Shown: piece after piece, positions 38,701 through 51,360 of the stretch
Layout of the letters: each line of letters starts with the position of its first letter
Numbering within the stretch: the stretch's first letter is position 1
Origin: Eledone cirrhosa
Lineage: Eukaryota
DNA length: 64,000 nucleotides
Assembly (NCBI GenBank): GCA_964016885.1
Contig: OZ024744.1
Location: forward strand, 134,540,001 to 134,604,000
Reading direction: 5' to 3'
Position numbers and translations under genes: made by a program
Notes under the pieces: model-generated
What the model was told of the DNA's origin: nothing
The model's input: the letters and a program-made list of their open reading frames with translations, nothing else
The model's database searches: none

Positions 38701-40481
38701 GTTAAGTTAAGTTGGGGATAAGTTAAGTTGGGGTTAAGTTAAGTTGGGGTTAAGTTAAGTTGGGGTTAAGTTAAGTTGGGGCTAAGTTAAGTTGGGGCTG
38801 AGTTAAGTTGGGGTTAAGTTAAGTTGGGGTTAAGTTAAGTTGGGGTTAATTTAAGTTGGGGTTTATTTAAGTTGGGGTTACGTTAAGTTGGTGTTAAGTT
38901 AAGTTGGGGTTAATTTAAGTTGGGGTTAATTAAGTTGGGGTTAAGTTAAGTTGGGGTTAAGTTAAGTTGGGGTTAAGTTAAGTTGGGGTTAAGTTAAGTT
39001 GGGGTTAACTTAAGTTGGTGTTAAGTTAAGTTGGGGCTAAGTTAAGTTGGGGCTGAGTTAAGTTGGGGCTGAGTTAAGTTGGGGTTAAGTTAAGTTGGGG
39101 TCAAGTTAAGTTGGGGTTAAGTTGGGGTTAAGTTAAGTTAGGTTTAAGTTAAGATGGGGTTAAGTTAAGTTGGGGTTAATTTCAGTTGGGGTTAACTTAA
39201 GTTGGGGTTAAGTTAAGTTGGGGTTGAGTTAATTTGTGGTTAAGTTAAGTTGGGGTTAAGTTAAGTTGGGGTTAAGTTAAGTCGGGGTTAAGTTAAGTTG
39301 GGGTTAAGTTAAGTTGGGGTTAAGTTAAGTTGGGGTTAAGTTAAGTTGGGGTCAAGTTAAGTTGGGGTTAAGTTGGGGTTAAGTTAAGTTAGGTTTAAGT
39401 TAAGTTGGGGTTAAGTTAAGTTGGGGTTAAGTTAAGTTGGGGTTAAGTTAATTTGTGGTTAAGTTAAGTTGGGGTTAAGTTAAGTTGGGGTTAAGTTAAG
39501 TTGGGGTTAAATTAAGTCGGAGTTAATTTAAGTTGGGGTTAAGTTAAGTTGGGGTTATTTTAAGTTGGGGTTGAGTTAAGTTGGGGTTAAGTTAAGTTGG
39601 GGTTAAATTAAGTTGGGGTTAAGTTAAGTTGGGGTTAAGTCAAGTTGGGGTTAAGTTAAGTTGGGGATAAGTTAAGTTGGGGATAATTTAAGTTGGGGTT
39701 AAGTTAAGTTGGGTTTAAGTTAAATTGGGGTTAAGTTAAGTTGGGGTTAAGTTAAGTTGGGGTTAAGTTAAGTTGGGGTTAAGTTAAGTTGGGGTTAAGT
39801 TAAGTTGGGGCTAAGTTATGTTGGGGCTGAGTTAAGTTGGGGTTAAGTTAAGTTGGGCTTAATTTAAGTCGGGGTTAAGTTAAGTTAGGGTTCAGTTAAG
39901 TTGGGGTTAAGTTAAGTTGGGGTTGAGTTAAGTTGGGGTTGAGTTAAATTGGGGTTGAGTTAAGTTGGGGTTGAGCTAAGTTGGTGTTGAGTTAAGTTGG
40001 GGTTAAGTTAAGTTGGGGTTAAGTTAAGTTGCAGTTAATTTAAGTTGAGGTTAAGTTAAGGTGCGGTTAAGTTAAGTTGGGGTTAAGTTAAGTTGGGGCT
40101 AAGTTAAGTTGGGGCTAAGTTAAGTTGGGGCTAAGTTAAGTTGGGGTTAAGTTAAGTTGGGGTTAAGTTAAGTCGGGGTTAAGTTAAGTTGGGGTTAAGT
40201 TAAGTTGGGGTTAATTTAAGTTGGGGTTAAGTTAAGTTGGGGTTAAGTTAAGTTGGGGTTAAGTTAAGTTGGGGTTAAGTTAAGTTGGGTTTAAGTTAAG
40301 TTGGGGTTAAGTTAAGTTGGGGTTAAGTTAAGTTGGGGTTAAGTTAAGTTGGTTAGTTAAGTTGAGTTTAAGTTAAGTTGGGGTTAATTTAAGTTGGGGT
40401 TAAGTTATGTTGGGGTTAAGTTAAGTTGGGGTTAAGTTAAGTTGGGGTTAAGTTAAGTTGGGGTTAAGTTAAGTTGGGGTT

Positions 40482-40655
40482 AACCCCAACTTAACTTAAC
40501 CCCAACTTCACTCAACCCCAACTTCACTCAACCCCAACTTAACTTAACCCCAACTTCACTCAACCCCAACTTAACTTAACCCCAACTTCACTCAACCCCA
40601 ACTTCCAACTTGACTTAATCCCAACTTAACTTAGCCCCAACTTAACTTAATCCCT
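40482..40655 (-). repeat. 174-bp inverted satellite block, copy 6, subtype D
   Basis: Junction ggggtt|aacccc. Units 2 and 3 are both cttcactc (no cgta). Downstream flank is of the subtype B type. Confidence 0.95.
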
Positions 40656-43600
40656 AAGTCGGGGTTAAGTTAAGTTGGCGTTAAGTTAAGTTAGGCTTAA
40701 CTTAAGTTGGGGTTCAGTTAAGTTGGGGGTAAGTTAAGTTGGGGGTAAGTTAAGTTGGGGTTAAGTTAAGTTGCGGTTAAGTTGGGGTTAAGTTAAGTTA
40801 GGGTTAAGTTAAGTTGGGGTTGAGTTAAGTTGGGGTTAATTAAGTGGTGGTTATGTTAAGTTGGGGTTAAGTTAAGTTGGGGTTAATTTAAATTGGGGTT
40901 AAGTTAACTTTGTGGTTAAGTTAAGTTGGGGTTAAGTTAAGTTGGGGTTAAGTTGGGGTTGAGTTAAGTTGGGGTTAAGTTAAGTTGGGGTTAAGTTAAG
41001 TTGGAGTTTATTTAAGTTGGGGTTAAGTTAAGTTGGGGTTCAGTTAAGTTGGGGTTAAGTTAAGTTGGTTTAAGATGGGGTTAAATTAAGTTGGGGTTAA
41101 GTTAAGTTGGGGTTAAGTTAAGTTGGGGTTAAGTTAAGTTGGGGTTAAGTTAAGTCGGGGTTAAGTTAAGTCGGGGTTAAGTTAAGTTAGGGTTCAGTTA
41201 AGTTGGAGTTAAGTTAAGTTGGGGTTGAGTTAAGTTGGGGTTGAGTTAAATTGGGGTTGAGTTAAGTTGGGGTTGAGTTATGTTGGTGTTGATTTAAGTT
41301 GGGGTTAAGTCAAGTTGGGGTTAAGTTAATTTGTGGTTAAGTTAAGTTGGGGTTAAGTTAAGTTGGGGTTAAGTTAAGTTGGGTTAAGTTAAGTCGGGGT
41401 TAAGTTAAGTTGGGGTTAAGTTAAGTTGGGGTTAATTTAAGTTGGGGTTAAGTTAAGTTGGGGTTAAGTTAAGTTGGGGTTAAGTTAAGTTGGGGTTAAG
41501 TTAAGTTGGGGTTAAGTTAAGTTGAGGTTAAGTTAAGATGGGGTTAAATTAAGTTGGGGTTAAGTTAAGTTGGGGTTAAGTTAAGTTGGGGTTAAGTTAA
41601 GTTGGGGATAAGTTAAGTTGGGGATAATTTAAGTTGGGGTTAAGTTAAGTTGGGTTTAAGTTAAGTTGGGGTTAAGTTAAGTTGGGGATAAGTTAAGTTG
41701 GGGTTAAGTTAAGTTGGGGTTAAGTTAAGTTGGGGTTAAGTTAAGTTGGGGTTAATTTAAGTTGGGGTTTATTTAAGTTGGGGTTACGTTAAGTTGGTGT
41801 TAAGTTAAGTTGGGGTTAATTTAAGTTGGGGTTAATTAAGTTGGGGTTAAGTTAAGTTGGGGTTAATTTAAGTTGGGGTTGAGTTAAGTTGCAGTTAAGT
41901 TAAGTTGAGGTTAAGTTAAGGTGCGGTTAAGTTAAGTTGGGGTTAAGTTAAGTTGGGGCTAAGTTAAGTTGGGGCTAAGTTAAGTTGGGGTTAAGTTAAG
42001 TTGGGGTTAAGTTAAGTCGGGGTTAAGTTAAGTTGGGGTTAAGTTAAGTTGGGGTTAATTTAAGTTGGGGTTAAGTTAAGTTGGGGTTAAGTTAAGTTGG
42101 GGTTAAGTTAAGTTGGGGTTAAGTTAAGTCGGGGTTAATTTAAGTCGGGGTTAAGTTAAGTTAGGGTTCAGTTAAGTTGGGGTTAAGTTAAGTTGGGGTT
42201 AAGTTAAGTTGGGGTTGAGTTAAGTTGGGGTTGAGTTAATTTGGGGTTAAGTTAAGTTGGGGTTAAGTTAAGTTGGGTTTAAGTTAAGTTGGGGTTAAAT
42301 TAAGTTGGGGTTAAATTAAGTTGGGGTTAAGTTAAGTTGGGGTTACGTTAAGTTGGTGTTAAGTTAAGTTGGGGTTAATTTAAGTTGGGGTTAATTAAGT
42401 TGGGGTTAAGTTAAGTTGGGGTTAAGTTAAGTTGGGGTTAATTTAAGTTGGGGTTGAGTTAAGTTGGGGTTAAGTTAAGTTGGGGTTATATTAAGTTGGG
42501 GTTAAGTTAAGTTGGGGTTCAGTTAAGTTGGGGATAAGTTAAGTTGGGGTTAAGTTAAGTTGGGGTTAATTAAGTTGGGGTTAAGTTAAGTTGGGGTTAA
42601 GTTAAGTTGGGGCTAAGTTAAGTTGGGGCTGAGTTAAGTTGGGGCTGAGTTAAGTTGGGGTTAAGTTAAGTTGGGGTTGAGTTAAGTTGGGGTTAAGTTA
42701 AGTTGGGGTCAAGTTAAGTTGGGGTTAAGTTGGGGTTAAGTTAAGTTAGGTTTAAGTTAAGTTGGGGTTAAGTTAAGTTGGGGTTAAGTTAAGTTGGGGT
42801 TAAGTTAAGTTGGGGTTAAGTTAATTTGTGGTTTAGTTAAGTTGGGGTTAAGTTAAGTTGGGGTTAAGTTAAGTTGGGGTTAAGTTAAGTCGGGGTTAAG
42901 TTAAGTTGGGGTTAAGTTAAGTTGGGGTTAAGTTAAGTTGGGGTTAAGTTAAGTTGGGGTTAAGTTAAGTTGGGGTTAAGTTAAGTTGAGGTTAAGTTAA
43001 GTTGGGGTTAAATTAAGTTGGGGTTAAGTTAAGTTGGGGTTAAGTTAAGTTGGGGTTAAGTTAAGTTGGGGATAAGTTAAGTTGGGGATAATTTAAGTTG
43101 GGGTTAAGTTAAGTTGGGTTTAAGTTAAGTTGGGGTTAAGTTAAGTTGGGGATAAGTTAAGTTGGGGTTAAGTTAAGTTGGGGTTAAGTTAAGTTGGGGT
43201 TCAGTTAATTTGGGGCTAAGTTAAGTTGGGGCTGAGTTAAGTTGGGGTTAAGTTAAGTTGGGGTTAAGTTAAGTTGGGGTTAATTTAAGTTGGGGTTTAT
43301 TTAAGTTGGGGTTAAGTTAAGTTGGGGTTCAGTTAAGTTGGGGTTAAGTTAAGTTGGGGTTAAGATGGGGTTAAATTAAGTTGGGGTTAAGTTAAGTTGG
43401 GGTTAAGTTAAGTTGGGGTTAAGTTAAGTCGGGGTTAAGTTAAGTCGGGGTTAAGTTAAGTTAGGGTTCAGTTAAGTTGGGGTTAAGTTAAGTTGTGGTT
43501 GAGTTAAGTTGGGGTTGATTTAAATTGGGGTTGAGTTAAGTTGGGGTTGAGTTAAGTTGTTATTGAGTTAAGTTGGGGTTAATTTAAGTTGGGGCTAAGT

Positions 43601-45982
43601 TAAGTTGGGACTGAGTTAAGTTGGGGTTAAGTTAAGTTGGGGTTAAGTTAAGTTGGGGTTAAGTTAAGTTGGAGTTTATTTAAGTTGGGGTTAAGTTAAG
43701 TTGGGGTTCAGTTAAGTTGGGGTTAAGTTAAGTTGGGGTTAAGTTAAGTTGGGGTTAAGTTAAGTCGGGGTTAAGTTAAGTCGGGGTTAAGTTAAGTTAG
43801 GGTTCAGTTAAGTTGGGGTTAAGTTAAGTTGGGGTTGAGTTAAGTTGGGGTTGAGTTAAATTGGGGTTGAGTTAAGTTGGGGTTGAGTTAAGTTGGTGTT
43901 GAGTTAAGTTGGGGTTAAGTTAAGTTGGGGTTAAGTTAAGTTGGGGTTAAGTTAAGTTGGGGTTAAGTTAAGTCGGGGTTAAGTTAAGTTCGGGTTGAGT
44001 TAAGTTGGGGTTAATTTAAGTTGGGGTTAAGTTAAGTTGGGGTTAAGTTAAGTTGGGGTTAAGTTAAGTTGGGGTTAAGTTAAGTTGGGGTTAAGTTAAG
44101 TTGAGGTTAAGTTAAGTTGGGGTTAAATTAAGTTGGGGTTAAGTTAAGTTGGGGTTAAGTTAAGTTGGGGTTAAGTTAAGTTGGGGATAAGTTAAGTTGG
44201 GGATAATTTAAGTTGGGGTTAAGTTAAGTTGGGTTTAAGTTAAGTTGGGGTTAAGTTAAGTTGGGGATAAGTTAAGTTGGGGTTAAGTTAAGTTGGGGTT
44301 AAGTTAAGTTGGGGTTACGTTAAGTTGGGGCTAAGTTAAGTTGGGGCTGAGTTAAGTTGGGGTTAAGTTAAGTTGGGGTTAAGTTAAGTTGGGGTTAATT
44401 TAAGTTGGGGTTTATTTAAGTTGGGGTTACGTTAAGTTGGTGTTAAGTTAAGTTGGGGTTAATTTAAGTTGGGGTTAATTAAGTTGGGGTTAAGTTAAGT
44501 TGGGGTTAAGTTAAGTTGGGGTTAAGTTAAGTTGGGGTTCAGTTAAGTTGGGTATAAGTTAAGTTGGGTATAAGTTAAGTTGGGGTTAAGTTAAGTTGGG
44601 GTTAACTTAAGTTGGTGTTAAGTTAAGTTGGGGCTAAGTTAAGTTGGGGCTGAGTTAAGTTGGGGCTGAGTTAAGTTGGGGTTAAGTTAAGTTGGGGTCA
44701 AGTTAAGTTGGGGTTAAGTTGGGGTTAAGTTAAGTTAGGTTTAAGTTAAGATGGGGTTAAGTTAAGTTGGGGTTAAGTTAAGTTGGGGTTAACTTAAGTT
44801 GGGGTTAAGTTAAGTCGGGGTTAAGTTAAGTTGGGGTTAAGTTAAGTTGGGGTTAAGTTAAGTTGGGGTTAAGTTAAGTTGGGGTCAAGTTAAGTTGGGG
44901 TTAAGTTGGGGTTAAGTTAAGTTAGGTTTAAGTTAAGTTGGGGTTAAGTTAAGTTGGGGTTAAGTTAAGTTGGGGTTAAGTTAATTTGTGGTTAAGTTAA
45001 GTTGGGGTTAAGTTAAGTTGGGGTTAAGTTAAGTTGGGGTTAAGTTAAGTCGGAGTTAATTTAAGTTGGGGTTAAGTTAAGTTGGGGTTAATTTAAGTTG
45101 GGGTTAAGTTAAGTTGGGGTTAAGTTAAGTTGGGGTTAAATTAAGTTGGGGTTAAGTTAAGTTGGGGTTAAGTCAAGTTGGGGTTAAGTTAAGTTGGGGA
45201 TAAGTTAAGTTGGGGATAATTTAAGTTGGGGTTAAGTTAAGTTGGGGTTAAGTTAAGTTGGGGTTAAGTTAAGTTGGGGTTAAGTTAAGTTGGGGCTAAG
45301 TTATGTTGGGGCTGAGTTAAGTTGGGGTTAAGTTAAGTTGGGCTTAATTTAAGTCGGGGTTAAGTTAAGTTAGGGTTCAGTTAAGTTGGGGTTAAGTTAA
45401 GTTGGGGTTGAGTTAAGTTGGGGTTGAGTTAAATTGGGGTTGAGTTAAGTTGGGGTTGAGTTAAGTTGGTGTTGAGTTAAGTTGGGGTTAAGTTAAGTTG
45501 GGGTTAAGTTAAGTTGCAGTTAATTTAAGTTGAGGTTAAGTTAAGGTGCGGTTAAGTTAAGTTGGGGTTAAGTTAAGTTGGGGCTAAGTTAAGTTGGGGC
45601 TAAGTTAAGTTGGGGCTAAGTTAAGTTGGGGTTAAGTTAATTTGGGGTTAAGTTAAGTCGGGGTTAAGTTAAGTTGGGGTTAAGTTAAGTTGGGGTTAAT
45701 TTAAGTTGGGGTTAAGTTAAGTTGGGGTTAAGTTAAGTTGGGGTTAAGTTAAGTTGGGGTTAAGTTAAGTTGGGTTTAAGTTAAGTTGGGGTTAAGTTAA
45801 GTTGGGGTTAAGTTAAGTTGGGGTTAAGTTAAGTTGGTTAGTTAAGTTGAGTTTAAGTTAAGTTGGGGTTAATTTAAGTTGGGGTTAAGTTATGTTGGGG
45901 TTAAGTTAAGTTGGGGTTAAGTTAAGTTGGGGTTAAGTTAAGTTGGGGTTAAGTTAAGTTGGGGTTAAGTTAAGTTGGGGTT

Positions 45983-46156
45983 AACCCCAACTTAACTTAA
46001 CCCCAACTTCACTCAACCCCAACGTAACTCAACCCCAACTTAACTTAACCCCAACTTCACTCAACCCCAACTTAACTTAACCCCAACTTCACTCAACCCC
46101 AACTTCCAACTTGACTTAATCCCAACTTAACTTAGCCCCAACTTAACTTAATCCCT
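45983..46156 (-). repeat. 174-bp inverted satellite block, copy 7, subtype A
   Basis: Matches copies 1 and 3. Confidence 0.96.
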
Positions 46157-49100
46157 AAGTCGGGGTTAAGTTAAGTTGGCGTTAAGTTAAGTTAGGCTTA
46201 ACTTAAGTTGGGGTTCAGTTAAGTTGGGGGTAAGTTAAGTTGGGGGTAAGTTAAGTTGCGGTTAAGTTGGGGTTAAGTTAAGTTAGGGTTAAGTTAAGTT
46301 GGGGTTGAGTTAAGTTGGGGTTAATTAAGTGGTGGTTATGTTAAGTTGGGGTTAAGTTAAGTTGGGGTTAATTTAAATTGGGGTTAAGTTAACTTTGTGG
46401 TTAAGTTAAGTTGGGGTTAAGTTAAGTTGGGGTTAAGTTGGGGTTGAGTTAAGTTGGGGTTAAGTTAAGTTGAGGTTAAGTTAAGATGGGGTTAAATTAA
46501 GTTGGGGTTAAGTTAAGTTGGGGTTAAGTTAAGTTGGGGTTAAGTTAAGTTGGGGATAAGTTAAGTTGGGGATAATTTAAGTTGGGGTTAAGTTAAGTTG
46601 GGTTTAAGTTAAGTTGGGGTTAAGTTAAGTTGGGGATAAGTTAAGTTGGGGTTAAGTTAAGTTGGGGTTAAGTTAAGTTGGGGTTAAGTTAAGTTGGGGC
46701 TAAGTTAAGTTGGGGCTGAGTTAAGTTGGGGTTAAGTTAAGTTGGGGTTAAGTTAAGTTGGGGTTAATTTAAGTTGGGGTTTATTTAAGTTGGGGTTACG
46801 TTAAGTTGGTGTTAAGTTAAGTTGGGGTTAATTTAAGTTGGGGTTAATTAAGTTGGGGTTAAGTTAAGTTGGGGTTAATTTAAGTTGGGGTTGAGTTAAG
46901 TTGGTGTTGAGTTAAGTTGGGGTTAAGTTAAGTTGGGGTTAAGTTAAGTTGCAGTTAAGTTAAGTTGAGGTTAAGTTAAGGTGCGGTTAAGTTAAGTTGG
47001 GGTTAAGTTAAGTTGGGGCTAAGTTAAGTTGGGGCTAAGTTAAGTTGGGGTTAAGTTAAGTTGGGGTTAAGTTAAGTCGGGGTTAAGTTAAGTTGGGGTT
47101 AAGTTAAGTTGGGGTTAATTTAAGTTGGGGTTAAGTTAAGTTGGGGTTAAGTTAAGTTGGGGTTAATTTAAGTTGGGGTTAAGTTAAGTCGGGGTTAATT
47201 TAAGTCGGGGTTAAGTTAAGTTAGGGTTCAGTTAAGTTGTGGTTAAGTTAAGTTGGGGTTAAGTTAAGTTGGGGTTGAGTTAAGTTGGGGTTGAGTTAAT
47301 TTGGGGTTAAGTTAAGTTGGGGTTAAGTTAAGTTGGGTTTAAGTTAAGTTGGGGTTAAATTAAGTTGGGGTTAAATTAAGTTGGGGTTAAGTTAAGTTGG
47401 GGTTACGTTAAGTTGGTGTTAAGTTAAGTTGGGGTTAATTTAAGTTGGGGTTAATTAAGTTGGGGTTAAGTTAAGTTGGGGTTAAGTTAAGTTGGGGTTA
47501 ATTTAAGTTGGGGTTGAGTTAAGTTGGGGTTAAGTTAAGTTGGGGTTATATTAAGTTGGGGTTAAGTTAAGTTGGGGTTCAGTTAAGTTGGGGATAAGTT
47601 AAGTTGGGGTTAAGTTAAGTTGGGGTTAATTAAGTTGGGGTTAAGTTAAGTTGGGGTTAAGTTAAGTTGGGGCTAAGTTAAGTTGGGGCTGAGTTAAGTT
47701 GGGGCTGAGTTAAGTTGGGGTTAAGTTAAGTTGGGGTTGAGTTAAGTTGGGGTTAAGTTAAGTTGGGGTCAAGTTAAGTTGGGGTTAAGTTGGGGTTAAG
47801 TTAAGTTAGGTTTAAGTTAAGTTGGGGTTAAGTTAAGTTGGGGTTAAGTTAAGTTGGGGTTAAGTTAAGTTGGGGTTAAGTTAATTTGTGGTTTAGTTAA
47901 GTTGGGGTTAAGTTAAGTTGGGGTTAAGTTAAGTTGGGGTTAAGTTAAGTCGGGGTTAAGTTAAGTTGGGGTTAAGTTAAGTTGGGGTTAAGTTAAGTTG
48001 GGGTTAAGTTAAGTTGGGGTTAAGTTAAGTTGGGGTTAAGTTAAGTTGAGGTTAAGTTAAGTTGGGGTTAAATTAAGTTGGGGTTAAGTTAAGTTGGGGT
48101 TAAGTTAAGTTGGGGTTAAGTTAAGTTGGGGATAAGTTAAGTTGGGGATAATTTAAGTTGGGGTTAAGTTAAGTTGGGTTTAAGTTAAGTTGGGGTTAAG
48201 TTAAGTTGGGGATAAGTTAAGTTGGGGTTAAGTTAAGTTGGGGTTAAGTTAAGTTGGGGTTCAGTTAATTTGGGGCTAAGTTAAGTTGGGGCTGAGTTAA
48301 GTTGGGGTTAAGTTAAGTTGGGGTTAAGTTAAGTTGGGGTTAATTTAAGTTGGGGTTTATTTAAGTTGGGGTTAAGTTAAGTTGGGGTTCAGTTAAGTTG
48401 GGGTTAAGTTAAGTTGGGGTTAAGATGGGGTTAAATTAAGTTGGGGTTAAGTTAAGTTGGGGTTAAGTTAAGTTGGGGTTAAGTTAAGTCGGGGTTAAGT
48501 TAAGTCGGGGTTAAGTTAAGTTAGGGTTCAGTTAAGTTGGGGTTAAGTTAAGTTGTGGTTGAGTTAAGTTGGGGTTGATTTAAATTGGGGTTGAGTTAAG
48601 TTGGGGTTGAGTTAAGTTGGTGTTGAGTTAAGTTGGGGTTAATTTAAGTTGGGGCTAAGTTAAGTTGGGACTGAGTTAAGTTGGGGTTAAGTTAAGTTGG
48701 GGTTAAGTTAAGTTGGGGTTAAGTTAAGTTGGAGTTTATTTAAGTTGGGGTTAAGTTAAGTTGGGGTTCAGTTAAGTTGGGGTTAAGTTAAGTTGGGGTT
48801 AAGTTAAGTTGGGGTTAAGTTAAGTCGGGGTTAAGTTAAGTCGGGGTTAAGTTAAGTTAGGGTTCAGTTAAGTTGGGGTTAAGTTAAGTTGGGGTTGAGT
48901 TAAGTTGGGGTTGAGTTAAATTGGGGTTGAGTTAAGTTGGGGTTGAGTTAAGTTGGTGTTGAGTTAAGTTGGGGTTAAGTTAAGTTGGGGTTAAGTTAAT
49001 TTGTGGTTAAGTTAAGTTGGGGTTAAGTTAAGTTGGGGTTAAGTTAAGTTGGGGTTAAGTTAAGTCGGGGTTAAGTTAAGTTCGGGTTGAGTTAAGTTGG

Positions 49101-51186
49101 GGTTAATTTAAGTTGGGGTTAAGTTAAGTTGGGGTTAAGTTAAGTTGGGGTTAAGTTAAGTTGGGGTTAAGTTAAGTTGGGGTTAAGTTAAGTTGAGGTT
49201 AAGTTAAGTTGGGGTTAAATTAAGTTGGGGTTAAGTTAAGTTGGGGTTAAGTTAAGTTGGGGTTAAGTTAAGTTGGGGATAAGTTAAGTTGGGGATAATT
49301 TAAGTTGGGGTTAAGTTAAGTTGGGTTTAAGTTAAGTTGGGGTTAAGTTAAGTTGGGGATAAGTTAAGTTGGGGTTAAGTTAAGTTGGGGTTAAGTTAAG
49401 TTGGGGTTACGTTAAGTTGGGGCTAAGTTAAGTTGGGGCTGAGTTAAGTTGGGGTTAAGTTAAGTTGGGGTTAAGTTAAGTTGGGGTTAATTTAAGTTGG
49501 GGTTTATTTAAGTTGGGGTTACGTTAAGTTGGTGTTAAGTTAAGTTGGGGTTAATTTAAGTTGGGGTTAATTAAGTTGGGGTTAAGTTAAGTTGGGGTTA
49601 AGTTAAGTTGGGGTTAAGTTAAGTTGGGGTTCAGTTAAGTTGGGTATAAGTTAAGTTGGGTATAAGTTAAGTTGGGGTTAAGTTAAGTTGGGGTTAACTT
49701 AAGTTGGTGTTAAGTTAAGTTGGGGCTAAGTTAAGTTGGGGCTGAGTTAAGTTGGGGCTGAGTTAAGTTGGGGTTAAGTTAAGTTGGGGTCAAGTTAAGT
49801 TGGGGTTAAGTTGGGGTTAAGTTAAGTTAGGTTTAAGTTAAGATGGGGTTAAGTTAAGTTGGGGTTAAGTTAAGTTGGGGTTAACTTAAGTTGGGGTTAA
49901 GTTAAGTTGGGGTTGAGTTAATTTGTGGTTAAGTTAAGTTGGGGTTAAGTTAAGTTGGGGTTAAGTTAAGTTGGGGTTAAGTTAAGTCGGGGTTAAGTTA
50001 AGTTGGGGTTAAGTTAAGTTGGGGTTAAGTTAAGTTGGGGTTAAGTTAAGTTGGGGTCAAGTTAAGTTGGGGTTAAGTTGGGGTTAAGTTAAGTTAGGTT
50101 TAAGTTAAGTTGGGGTTAAGTTAAGTTGGGGTTAAGTTAAGTTGGGGTTAAGTTAATTTGTGGTTAAGTTAAGTTGGGGTTAAGTTAAGTTGGGGTTAAG
50201 TTAAGTTGGGGTTAAGTTAAGTCGGAGTTAATTTAAGTTGGGGTTAAGTTAAGTTGGGGTTAATTTAAGTTGGGGTTAAGTTAAGTTGGGGTTAAGTTAA
50301 GTTGGGGTTAAATTAAGTTGGGGTTAAGTTAAGTTGGGGTTAAGTCAAGTTGGGGTTAAGTTAAGTTGGGGATAAGTTAAGTTGGGGATAATTTAAGTTG
50401 GGGTTAAGTTAAGTTGGGTTTAAGTTAAATTGGGGTTAAGTTAAGTTGGGGTTAAGTTAAGTTGGGGTTAAGTTAAGTTGGGGTTAAGTTAAGTTGGGGT
50501 TAAGTTAAGTTGGGGCTAAGTTATGTTGGGGCTGAGTTAAGTTGGGGTTAAGTTAAGTTGGGCTTAATTTAAGTCGGGGTTAAGTTAAGTTAGGGTTCAG
50601 TTAAGTTGGGGTTAAGTTAAGTTGGGGTTGAGTTAAGTTGGGGTTGAGTTAAATTGGGGTTGAGTTAAGTTGGGGTTGAGTTAAGTTGGTGTTGAGTTAA
50701 GTTGGGGTTAAGTTAAGTTGGGGTTAAGTTAAGTTGCAGTTAATTTAAGTTGAGGTTAAGTTAAGGTGCGGTTAAGTTAAGTTGGGGTTAAGTTAAGTTG
50801 GGGCTAAGTTAAGTTGGGGCTAAGTTAAGTTGGGGCTAAGTTAAGTTGGGGTTAAGTTAATTTGGGGTTAAGTTAAGTCGGGGTTAAGTTAAGTTGGGGT
50901 TAAGTTAAGTTGGGGTTAATTTAAGTTGGGGTTAAGTTAAGTTGGGGTTAAGTTAAGTTGGGGTTAAGTTAAGTTGGGGTTAAGTTAAGTTGGGTTTAAG
51001 TTAAGTTGGGGTTAAGTTAAGTTGGGGTTAAGTTAAGTTGGGGTTAAGTTAAGTTGGTTAGTTAAGTTGAGTTTAAGTTAAGTTGGGGTTAATTTAAGTT
51101 GGGGTTAAGTTATGTTGGGGTTAAGTTAAGTTGGGGTTAAGTTAAGTTGGGGTTAAGTTAATTTGGGGTTAAGTTAAGTTGGGGTT

Positions 51187-51360
51187 AACCCCAACTTAAC
51201 TTAACCCCAACGTAACTCAACCCCAACGTAACTCAACCCCAACTTAACTTAACCCCAACTTCACTCAACCCCAACTTAACTTAACCCCAACTTCACTCAA
51301 CCCCAACTTCCAACTTGACTTAATCCCAACTTAACTTAGCCCCAACTTAACTTAATCCCT
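51187..51360 (-). repeat. 174-bp inverted satellite block, copy 8, subtype B
   Basis: Matches copies 2 and 4. Confidence 0.96.
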
